Assembly (NCBI RefSeq): GCF_902652985.1
Contig: NC_047026.1
Span: 30,690,001 to 30,754,000 of the forward strand
Source of the DNA: Pecten maximus
Lineage: Eukaryota
Direction of reading: 5' to 3'
DNA: 64,000 nucleotides
Each line of letters begins with the position of its first letter. Within the stretch, counting starts at the first letter, position 1. Under the pieces are notes generated by a model. The model had not been told where the DNA came from. It saw nothing but the letters and a program-made list of their open reading frames with translations, and did no database searches. The position numbers and the translations under genes are program-made. Shown here one piece after another: positions 50,568 to 60,161 of the stretch.

Positions 50568-51906
50568 TGTCACCGGTACAAGTATGGGGCTAATTAAATA
50601 TTTGTATATATGATTTACAAATATGTATGTGTCGTCGAGTTACTTGTATTGTGGAAAGTACCTTGTCTATTTATATATTTATAGTAACGTCTGTATCTTG
50701 TCTGTAGTTCAGGTGGTCGTCTCGTGATTGTCCTTATTTAGTCTTGTTTGTGTCTTATATGTAAATTAGGGTGTGAAAGTGTGAAAAAGCGTGCAAGAGT
50801 GAGAGAACGTTGGATAAAACTCCATAACTCGCGCGAATCATCGCAGTTGCCATTTAACCGTTGGCTGAGACATATCCTCCGGGGTCCAGCAACTACTACC
50901 TTACGATGTATTATACGACGTGACACTATTTCACCAGACTGCTGAAGTCTTGGAAGGTATATATACTATACAGAATTCGTATTTACCGTGTAATAGATAT
51001 TTATTGAATATCAACATGAAGCACGTATTCGTATACACGTAGTATTAGCCGGTATATATTGATATATACCGTATATACATTGTACTTAGTCCGGCTGTTT
51101 TTATGTTTCAGGGGTTTTTATGTTTGTACGTCTGGAAATGTCTCCGGTTACTAAATAAATAAAGAACCAGCAGGAATTTGGGAGTTTGTTATTATGTCCC
51201 GCATTTTCTTCCTGTGACATTTGGCGCCCATGTAGGGACCGGAGTTCGACGACGATACCCCAGTGTTTTGGAAAATTGTTCCCGACGATATAAAACAACC
51301 ATGTAGCTACGTTTTGCAGTCCTCATATTGTCGAACACAGGAATTTTGTCAACAAGGTATATTTTCAACTTTAATTCCACGACCAGGCCGTCGTGTGTAA
51401 ACTGCCATGGATAGGATATTTCTACACGTGTATACCGTACGGAATTCAAGCACATGTGCGACAGCGTCAGGATTCGTCTTAAAGCGTCTCGGCGACTAGG
51501 AACTCTCATCAACCGGAAGGAGAACTGTGAACGTATAGACAGTAAATTTCATACGAACTCTTTGTTTTGTGAAACTATTGTATATTTCATAGAATTGCCG
51601 GATGGTAGGTGTTGGTTTTAGGTTTTGAAAGCTATAGTCTATTGTTAAGACGTTTGACGAGACTGAGACAGTTTGACTGACTGATATATAAACGTGTTTT
51701 GAACGCGTGCACAGTTTCGCTCCGTCGTCAGCGTGTTGCCACTATTGGTGAATGAGAGAGTATTGAGGGTATTGGGTGTAGTATATTTATCCTTGTTATA
51801 TGTTTCATGTTACATGTTATATGTTGCATTTCATTATGTGTTTCACTCTGTGTTTATATGTTTTCTCAATTAATATAACCAGTTTTCGTTTGACAGGTGA
51901 AATATT

Positions 51907-53124
51907 ATGGGAATAGGTGGGTTGTTAATAACACTGTGTATTATTGCATGTTTGCCCAACACTTTCAGCTCTTATAGGTATCACAAGCAAAGTGTTGAGA
52001 TGGCTACGGAACAGACACAGGCCCAGGATGGTGCAGTGGCTGTAGATCCTGAGCTGGAGGTGAGTAGGATGATTGATGCTTTGTCAAAGCTCAGGTATAG
52101 AGTTGTGACAGAGGAAGAGTATAAAAGTTTGGCATCTAAGAAGCTAGAGTTCAACCCTCCTGGTGATAAAACCAGTACGCCAAAGCCTATAGTCAGGGAT
52201 CGGATAGGTAGAGGTAGGGCTAGGTCACTAGATTATACTTTGAAGGATTTCAAGGAGGAACCTCGTAGTGTAGGTATAACTAGATCGACCCTCAGTACGG
52301 GCCAGCTTGACTCAAACTTGGGGCGAATCCCCAAGATTCCAACATTTAGTGGCCAGGAACAAAAGGGCGATGTCAGCTTTAATGTATGGAGGTATGAGGT
52401 GCGTTGCCTGTTAAAGGACGTTAGTCTCCCTGAGACGGTGCTGTTACAAGCGATAAGGCAGTCCTTAAAAGGTACAGCTCGAGAGATGCTGATACCCTTA
52501 GGGGAAACTGCAACAGGTACTGCAATCCTGAGCAAACTAGAAGGATTGTATGGTAATGTTGAGACGGATGAAGCGACTCTTCAAAAATTCTATACAGAAT
52601 CCCAACAAGAAGGTGAGTCAGTAACGGCTTATGCCTGTAGGTTGGAGACTCTACTCCACGCTTCCATAGAGAGCGGATATATAGATAGGGTAGCCAAGGA
52701 AACTATGCTACGGTCAAAGTTTTGGACTTCTTTAAATGAAAGGTTGAAAACGCAAACTAGAAATAAGTATGAGACTATCAAGTCATTTGATATGCTAGTA
52801 CGAGAGGTCAGGGCCATTGAGTTAGAGTTGACAAATAATGACAAAGTGAAAAGTTCTGCCAAGAAAGGTCAACATCAGCCCGTTCATGCTGAACAGATGC
52901 AAAGCAAAATCGAAATTATGGCTGAACAGCTCACGACATTGTGTGAGAAAATAAAGGACCTAGATTCTAAGGTGATTGGGTTACAGTCTAACAGTAGGAA
53001 TTCAAACAATTCTAATAATTCCAGATCAGGCAGACAGAACAGGCAGCAGAACAATTCAGGACCACAGAGAAATGACAACTCAACTGGGAAGGGAAAAGCA
53101 TCTGGACAACAGCCAAAAGATTAG
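51907..53124 (+). CDS. gag: Gag with PNMA-like capsid domain; alternative start at 52000
   Basis: IPTFSG..KGDVSFNVWRYEV...AIRQSLKGTA...QQEGESVTAYACRLE; coiled-coil and N/Q/R-rich tail; no CCHC knuckle. Confidence 0.92.
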   Translation: MGIGGLLITLCIIACLPNTFSSYRYHKQSVEMATEQTQAQDGAVAVDPELEVSRMIDALSKLRYRVVTEEEYKSLASKKLEFNPPGDKTSTPKPIVRDRIGRGRARSLDYTLKDFKEEPRSVGITRSTLSTGQLDSNLGRIPKIPTFSGQEQKGDVSFNVWRYEVRCLLKDVSLPETVLLQAIRQSLKGTAREMLIPLGETATGTAILSKLEGLYGNVETDEATLQKFYTESQQEGESVTAYACRLETLLHASIESGYIDRVAKETMLRSKFWTSLNERLKTQTRNKYETIKSFDMLVREVRAIELELTNNDKVKSSAKKGQHQPVHAEQMQSKIEIMAEQLTTLCEKIKDLDSKVIGLQSNSRNSNNSNNSRSGRQNRQQNNSGPQRNDNSTGKGKASGQQPKD

Positions 53125-53144
53125 CCTCCACTATTTCAGGGCAG

Positions 53145-56100
53145 ATGGGGGGAGGCAATCAGGTAAGCCCTAATAAGTTGAACAGTGTTAGATTTAAACA
53201 GGCTTTAATTGGCAGTGCTAATGAGGCTACTTTGGAAGTTTGTGGTATCAAAACTTTGTGTTTGGTAGATACTGGGTCAATGGTGTCGACTTGTAGTAAG
53301 ACATTTTTTGAACGGTTACCAGGTAGTCAGTTACTGTCATTAGTAGATTTTGGACTTGATTTGTACTGTGCAGATGGAAGTTCTATGCCTTACTTAGGTT
53401 ACTTTGAGGCAGATATTTTGTTGTCGAGCTTAAATCAGGAAGTGCCAGTGAGGATTCCTGTGTTAGTGGTACCAGATACTGCTTATAATAGTAGAGTGCC
53501 TTTGGTGATTGGTACCAATGTATTGAACCTGTTTGAGGAAGGTGAGGTAAGGGATAGTAGAGAAGCTAGGATATGGAGACAGGCATTGAAGAGTTTGTCT
53601 GGTCAGTTGAACGTCAAAACCACCAATAGAACCTCGTTCAGTATTGGTCCTGGGCAGAGTAGGGTCATTCATGGACTTGTACGTAACAAGGATAGGCAGG
53701 ATGTAGTGATTGTTGAGTCTTGTTCGGATTCTCCTCAGGGATTAATGGTATGTCCTAGATTAGTTAAGTTAGAGCCAGGGAATACAGACAGGATTCCAGT
53801 TAGGGTATGTAACATTACAGCTCACCCTGTACAAATAAGGCCTAGGTCTGTACTGTGTTCTGTGCATGAGGCTAGAGTAGTGGAACATTGGGATCCAGCT
53901 GGTGATCAGGATAGTATTTCGGATACTGAGTCTGAGGATGGTCTAGATTTTGAGGGCTTAGGAATTAAGCTTAACACTGAGAGTTTAAACCCGGATGAGC
54001 TGAAGGAAGCTAAGGGTATGTTGGGCAATTGGAAATCTTTATTTTCAACTAGTCAGTTTGATATTGGCCGTGCAGACTTGGGTAAACACCAGATTAAGCT
54101 GATGGACGAAAAACCGTTCAGGTTACCATACAGAAGAATTCCACCTGCGATGTATGAGGAGGTGAGAGATCATTTAAGGGATCTTAAAGCTTCAGATGTG
54201 ATTGAGGATTCTAGTTCTCCATATGCTTCGAATGTAGTTCTTGTTCGCAAAAAGAATGGACAGTTGAGATTTTGTATTGATTTTCGTACATTGAATGCAA
54301 AGACTGTGAAAGATCAGTACTGTCTTCCTAGAACCGACCAGGTGTTGGATTGTTTGGTAGGATCCAAGTATTTCTCTAAGTTGGATTTAAGAGCTGGTTA
54401 TTATCAGGTTGAGGTAGATGAGAAAGATAAAGAGAAAACTGCTTTCTCGGTAGGCCCACTAGGGTTTTACCAGTTCAAACGCATGCCTTTCGGGTTGTGT
54501 AATGCGCCCTCTACTTTTCAAAGGTTAATGGAGCGTTGTATGGGCAATATGAACTTGGTCGAATGTTTGATATTTCTGGATGATATTCTGGTTTTCTCTA
54601 AGACTTTTAAGGAACATTTAGAAAGGTTGGAAGGTGTGTTTCAGAAGTTACAAGCTCATGGTCTGAGACTTAATCCCACAAAGTGCGAATTTTTCAAACT
54701 CAGTGTACAATATCTAGGTCACATTATAAGTGAGCATGGGATTGGAGCTGATCCAGAGAAAATAGAAGCATTGAAATCTTGGAAACCATGTAGTTCAGTG
54801 AAAGAGGTTAGGACATTTTTAGGATTTACTGGCTACTATAGAAAGTTTGTTAAGGACTATGCAAAGATAGTCAGACCTTTAAATGACTTGCTAATAGGTC
54901 ACCCTACGGCCAAGGTCAAGGGGAGGTCAAAGGTCGAGAAAATCCCATTTGTGTGGAGCGATGATTGTCAAACTGCATTCGATGTGTTGATAGAGAAACT
55001 TACCACTCCACCTGTGTTAGCATACGCAGATTTTACTAAGCCGTTTCGGTTGAACATAGATGCTTCTCATGATGGGTTGGGAGCTGTGTTGTATCAGAAC
55101 CAAGACGGTCATGACCGTGTGGTGGCTTATGCTAGTCGAGGGTTAAGACCTACAGAGAAATTATACCCGGCACATAAGTTGGAGTTCCTGTGTCTTAAGT
55201 GGGCAGTAACAGAGAAGTTTAAGGACTATCTCTATGGTCAACAGTTTGATGTGTATACTGACAACAACCCTTTGACATATGTCACTTCTTCTGCAAAGTT
55301 GGATGCAACAGGTCACCGATGGGTTGCAGAGTTGGCTAATTACTCATTCAAGTTGCTTTATCGTTCAGGTAAGGTTAACAAAGATGCAGACGGTTTGTCA
55401 CGTAGACCAGTTGATACTGAGTGTGTTTTTCCAGATGTGGTTAAGGCAGTATGTCACGCCGCTTCTGTGAATAGGAGTTGTCTACCTTTGGTCGAGAGTT
55501 TGGTTATAACAAATTCAGTGCAAGGCACAGTTGATGATGTTGGCTGTAGTGGTTTCAGTCAGGTTGACTGGGTGAAGGAGCAGTTAGCTGATGCTGATGT
55601 AAATAGAGTTGTACTGCTGTTAAGCTCTGGTGTTGAGTTGTCAGGTAAACAGTTAGAAAAGGAATCCGTAGCTGTTAGAAAGTTAGTAAGAGAAAGGAAA
55701 CGCTTACAAATTCAGGATGGTGTTCTGTATCACGTAGTTGTGGTTGATGGTATTAGAGTAAAACAGATTGTTGTTCCCAAGAATATGAGGTCCAGTGTGT
55801 TTGAAGGCTATCATGATAATCAAGGTCATCAGGGTAGAGATAGGACTTTGTCTTTGCTAAAGGCAAGATTTTACTGGCCAGGTATGGATACTGATGTTGA
55901 GTCAAGAGTCAGGTCATGTGATCGCTGCATTAGGCGTAAAACTCCTGTCACTAAGAGAGCAAAGTTGGTTGACATAGTCACATCGGAACCTATGGAATTG
56001 GTTTGTATGGATTTTCTCTCGCTAGAGTCATGTAAAGGTGGTGTTGAAGACGTTCTAGTCATAACGGACCATTTTACTAGGTTTGCTCAGGCAATACCTA

Positions 56101-57368
56101 CCCGTAACCAGCGTGCTAGTACAGTAGCCAAAGCCTTATTTGACAACTTTGTGGTGCATTATGGGTTTCCAGCTAGGTTACATAGTGACCAAGGTCGAAA
56201 CTTTGAGTCAAAGGTCATTAAGGAACTGTGTGAACTTACAGGGATTAGGAAAACCAGGACGACCCCATTTCATCCAGAGGGGAATGGGATGACAGAGAGG
56301 TTTAATAAGACTTTACTTAAGATGCTAGGTACATTAGATGAGGAACAGAAACGAGATTGGAAGACGTATGTTCCAAGTTTGGTCCATGCTTACAATGCTG
56401 CGTCTCATGACAGTACGGGTTATTCCCCTTTCTATTTAATGTTTGGGAGGTATCCTCGATTAGCAGCCGATGCAGGTTTTGGTCTTAATGAAGGCAAATT
56501 TGACCAATTTCAGCCTAAGACTGATTATGTGGAAAAACTGAAGTCGAGACTACAGTTTGCATACAAGACAGCATCAAAACATGCTAAAAAGTCGGCTGAT
56601 AGGTACAAAAGTCATTATGATGTCAACGTCAGGGACTCCGTTCTTCAGCCTGGGGACCGGGTGTTGGTGAGGAATGTCAATCTCAAAGGTAGGAATAAAT
56701 TAGCAGATAAGTGGGAAAGAATTCCTTATAAAGTATTGTCGAAACCTCATTTTGAAACTCCAGTGTATAGGGTTAGAGTAGAACATGGAAAAGGTAGGGT
56801 ACGAACACTACATAGGAATATGCTTCTTCCATATACTGGTTCAGAGGTTGTCGGTCCAGAAGGTCAAGGTCATTCAAAGCTCAAGGTCAAGTCCAAGGTC
56901 GTGTCAAAAACTAGGGAAGGAAATGATCAAACTCGTAGGGATGAGGATTCTTCATGCAGTTCTGATTCTGATTCAGACAGGGTGTATATTTCTAGGCCTG
57001 TGACTAGAGGGAGGTTGAATCCTAGAGCTGGAGAGTTTGTTTCAAGGACTTTGTTAGATAATTTCAATTCGGGTAGTTCTGACATGTCAAATTTAGTGTC
57101 TAATGTTGGGCTGAACCAGAGCAGAAATACTGTTTCTGACAGTGTAAATATTAGTGGTGGTGAGTTATCTAGAGGTCATGTTAGTGTTGATCAAACTGTA
57201 GGTAGTGGGCGAGTTGCCTCCCCTTGTCTGCCAGAGGTTGTTCCTGTGGTGCCACATGCGGAGGAGCCACCACAGTTGAGGAGATCCTGCAGAAACAGGA
57301 AGTTACCACAGAGGTTTGACCAGTTCGTAATGGAACAGATTGTGGAGAATGACTGGTTGTTAGTGTGA
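53145..57368 (+). CDS. pol: Pol polyprotein: protease, reverse transcriptase, RNase H, integrase
   Basis: LVDTGS; RFCIDFR, MPFGL, FLDDIL; IDAS..GLGAVL, TDNNPL; HDNQGH..CDRC and DDE (CMDF, HSDQG, ERFN). Frame is -1 relative to gag and open from 53076. Confidence 0.97.
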   Translation: MGGGNQVSPNKLNSVRFKQALIGSANEATLEVCGIKTLCLVDTGSMVSTCSKTFFERLPGSQLLSLVDFGLDLYCADGSSMPYLGYFEADILLSSLNQEVPVRIPVLVVPDTAYNSRVPLVIGTNVLNLFEEGEVRDSREARIWRQALKSLSGQLNVKTTNRTSFSIGPGQSRVIHGLVRNKDRQDVVIVESCSDSPQGLMVCPRLVKLEPGNTDRIPVRVCNITAHPVQIRPRSVLCSVHEARVVEHWDPAGDQDSISDTESEDGLDFEGLGIKLNTESLNPDELKEAKGMLGNWKSLFSTSQFDIGRADLGKHQIKLMDEKPFRLPYRRIPPAMYEEVRDHLRDLKASDVIEDSSSPYASNVVLVRKKNGQLRFCIDFRTLNAKTVKDQYCLPRTDQVLDCLVGSKYFSKLDLRAGYYQVEVDEKDKEKTAFSVGPLGFYQFKRMPFGLCNAPSTFQRLMERCMGNMNLVECLIFLDDILVFSKTFKEHLERLEGVFQKLQAHGLRLNPTKCEFFKLSVQYLGHIISEHGIGADPEKIEALKSWKPCSSVKEVRTFLGFTGYYRKFVKDYAKIVRPLNDLLIGHPTAKVKGRSKVEKIPFVWSDDCQTAFDVLIEKLTTPPVLAYADFTKPFRLNIDASHDGLGAVLYQNQDGHDRVVAYASRGLRPTEKLYPAHKLEFLCLKWAVTEKFKDYLYGQQFDVYTDNNPLTYVTSSAKLDATGHRWVAELANYSFKLLYRSGKVNKDADGLSRRPVDTECVFPDVVKAVCHAASVNRSCLPLVESLVITNSVQGTVDDVGCSGFSQVDWVKEQLADADVNRVVLLLSSGVELSGKQLEKESVAVRKLVRERKRLQIQDGVLYHVVVVDGIRVKQIVVPKNMRSSVFEGYHDNQGHQGRDRTLSLLKARFYWPGMDTDVESRVRSCDRCIRRKTPVTKRAKLVDIVTSEPMELVCMDFLSLESCKGGVEDVLVITDHFTRFAQAIPTRNQRASTVAKALFDNFVVHYGFPARLHSDQGRNFESKVIKELCELTGIRKTRTTPFHPEGNGMTERFNKTLLKMLGTLDEEQKRDWKTYVPSLVHAYNAASHDSTGYSPFYLMFGRYPRLAADAGFGLNEGKFDQFQPKTDYVEKLKSRLQFAYKTASKHAKKSADRYKSHYDVNVRDSVLQPGDRVLVRNVNLKGRNKLADKWERIPYKVLSKPHFETPVYRVRVEHGKGRVRTLHRNMLLPYTGSEVVGPEGQGHSKLKVKSKVVSKTREGNDQTRRDEDSSCSSDSDSDRVYISRPVTRGRLNPRAGEFVSRTLLDNFNSGSSDMSNLVSNVGLNQSRNTVSDSVNISGGELSRGHVSVDQTVGSGRVASPCLPEVVPVVPHAEEPPQLRRSCRNRKLPQRFDQFVMEQIVENDWLLV

Positions 57369-58560
57369 AAATTGTAATGTTGATAATTGTTTTCCAGATT
57401 TGTTTGCATTTTGTACATATTTCTATTTTCCATTGATATAAGAGTTTGTTTTGCTTACAGGTTCTTCAGATAGTATATGAATTTATTTTAGCTTGTGGTT
57501 ATTTGAATATCCCTTATTGGTTTTATTAATCATTATGAGTTTCATTGCAGATTTGACTTTAATACATTGATTGAGATTAAAATGTGTTGATACAAATTAA
57601 TGTTTTCGAATTTCAGGATATGTAACCATACAGACTTGATCTTGTTTTGTTTCAGGTTTCTTTGGAGCAAAGTATTGACAATTATTTGATTAATTGCACT
57701 ACATTTATAAGTATTGATTCATTGGATACTACAGCATTCATATTTTGTTGTATTTTGATCTCTTTCTGAAATTTCAGGGTTTCATTAACTAGATAATTGT
57801 TTTGACTTTGTTTCAGGGTTGAATTAATTTTGATATTTTTGTAATTGAGGTTACTTGTCAGTTTCCTAGGTGAAATGCCGGGACGACATTTACCCGACAG
57901 GGAGAGAATGTCACCGGTACAAGTATGGGGCTAATTAAATATTTGTATATATGATTTACAAATATGTATGTGTCGTCGAGTTACTTGTATTGTGGAAAGT
58001 ACCTTGTCTATTTATATATTTATAGTAACGTCTGTATCTTGTCTGTAGTTCAGGTGGTCGTCTCGTGATTGTCCTTATTTAGTCTTGTTTGTGTCTTATA
58101 TGTAAATTAGGGTGTGAAAGTGTGAAAAAGCGTGCAAGAGTGAGAGAACGTTGGATAAAACTCCATAACTCGCGCGAATCATCGCAGTTGCCATTTAACC
58201 GTTGGCTGAGACATATCCTCCGGGGTCCAGCAACTACTACCTTACGATGTATTATACGACGTGACACTATTTCACCAGACTGCTGAAGTCTTGGAAGGTA
58301 TATATACTATACAGAATTCGTATTTACCGTGTAATAGATATTTATTGAATATCAACATGAAGCACGTATTCGTATACACGTAGTATTAGCCGGTATATAT
58401 TGATATATACCGTATATACATTGTACTTAGTCCGGCTGTTTTTATGTTTCAGGGGTTTTTATGTTTGTACGTCTGGAAATGTCTCCGGTTACTAAATAAA
58501 TAAAGAACCAGCAGGAATTTGGGAGTTTGTTATTATGTCCCGCATTTTCTTCCTGTGACA

Positions 58561-59868
58561 TATATAACAAAATAACACTATTGCTACATATACCTGAACT
58601 CGGGTAGCCTTTAATGTCGTATATAACAAAATAACACCATTGCTACATATACCTTAACTCGGGTAGCCTTTAATGTCGTATATAATAAAATAACACCATT
58701 GCTACATATACAATGTACCTGAACTCGGGTAGCCTTTAATGTCGTATATATAACAAAATAACACCATTGCTACATATACCTGAACTCGGGTAGCCTTTAA
58801 TGTCGTATATAATAAAATAACACCATTGCTACATATACCTGAACTCGGGTAGCCTTTAATGTCGTATATATAACAAAATAACACTATTGCTACATATACC
58901 TGAACTCGGGTAGCATTAGATGTCGTATATAACAAAATAACACCATTGCTACATATACCTGAACTCGGGTAGCCTTAAATGTCGTATACAAAATAACACC
59001 ATTGCTACATATACCTGAACTCGGGTAGCCTTTAATGTCGTATATATAACAAAATAACACCATTGCTACATATACCTGAACTCGGGTAGCCTTAAATGTC
59101 GTATACAAAATAACACCATTGCTACATATACCTGAACTCGGGTAGCCTTTAATGTCGTATATATAACAAAATAACACCATTGCTACATATACCTGAACTC
59201 GGGTAGCCTTAAATGTCGTATACAAAATAACACCATTGCTACATATACCTGAACTCGGGTAGCCTTTAATGTCGTATATATAACAAAATAACACCATTGC
59301 TACATATACCTGAACTCGGGTAGCCTTAAATGTCGTATACAAAATAACACCATTGCTACATATACCTGAACTCGGGTAGCCTTTAATGTCGTATATATAA
59401 CAAAATAACACCAATGCTACATATACCTGAACTCGGGTAGCCTTAAATGTCGTATATAACAAAATAACACCATTGCTACATATACCTGAACTCGGGTAGC
59501 CTTTAATGTCGTATATAACAAAATAACACCATTGCTACATATACCTGAACTCGGGTAGCCTTAAATGTCGTATACAAAATAACACCATTGCTACATATAC
59601 CTGAACTCGGGTAGCCTTTAATGTCGTATATATAACAAAATAACACCATTGCTACATATACCTGAACTCGGGTAGCCTTTAATGTCGTATATAACAAAAT
59701 AACACCGTTGCTACATATACCTGAACTCGGGTAGCATTAGATGTCGTATATATAACAAAATAACACCATTGCTACATATACCTGAACTCGGGTAGCCTTT
59801 TATGTCGTATATATAACAAAATAACACCATTGCTACATATACCTGAACTCGGGTAGCATTAGATGTCG
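58561..59868 (+). repeat. 55-61-bp satellite, right block, with 116-bp dimer period at ~58970-59400
   Basis: Same unit as 50030-50567; alternating ccttaaatgtcgtatacaaaat and cctttaatgtcgtatatataacaaaat variants. Confidence 0.95.
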
Positions 59869-60161
59869 ATGATGAAATATTATATCAATATTATATTATC
59901 AGATCAAATAAATTCAATTAATTCTGCAATTTTGTACCTTATCAAATTTGTTAAAATCATATAGAAGGCATGTTTGTCTTATATTTGTTAAGACCATATA
60001 GAAGGCATGCTTGTATTATATTTGACTGAACGTATGATGTCTTTATGCTAATACAATACATAACGCGGCCGGATAGATAACCACACAGTCCTCCATACAT
60101 TGAATGATAAAGTGTTTGGACGACATTTTGTGATTTCTATCCACCATATAACCATATTACG

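Larger units (their letters stand above)
50568..58560 (+). mobile_element. Intact Ty3/Gypsy LTR retrotransposon, 7993 bp
   Basis: 652-bp LTRs 50568-51219 and 57909-58560 (TGTCAC...GTGACA, no differences seen), TATA TSD. Primer binding site TGGCGCCCATGTAGGGAC (51222-51239, tRNA-Lys-like); polypurine tract GGGAGAGAA (57900-57908); gag and pol. Confidence 0.97.

Noticed and set aside
58702-59697. Repetitive - strand ORFs and a CRISPR-like look of the arrays
   Set aside because: Satellite translation; no unique spacers, no cas genes, eukaryotic context.
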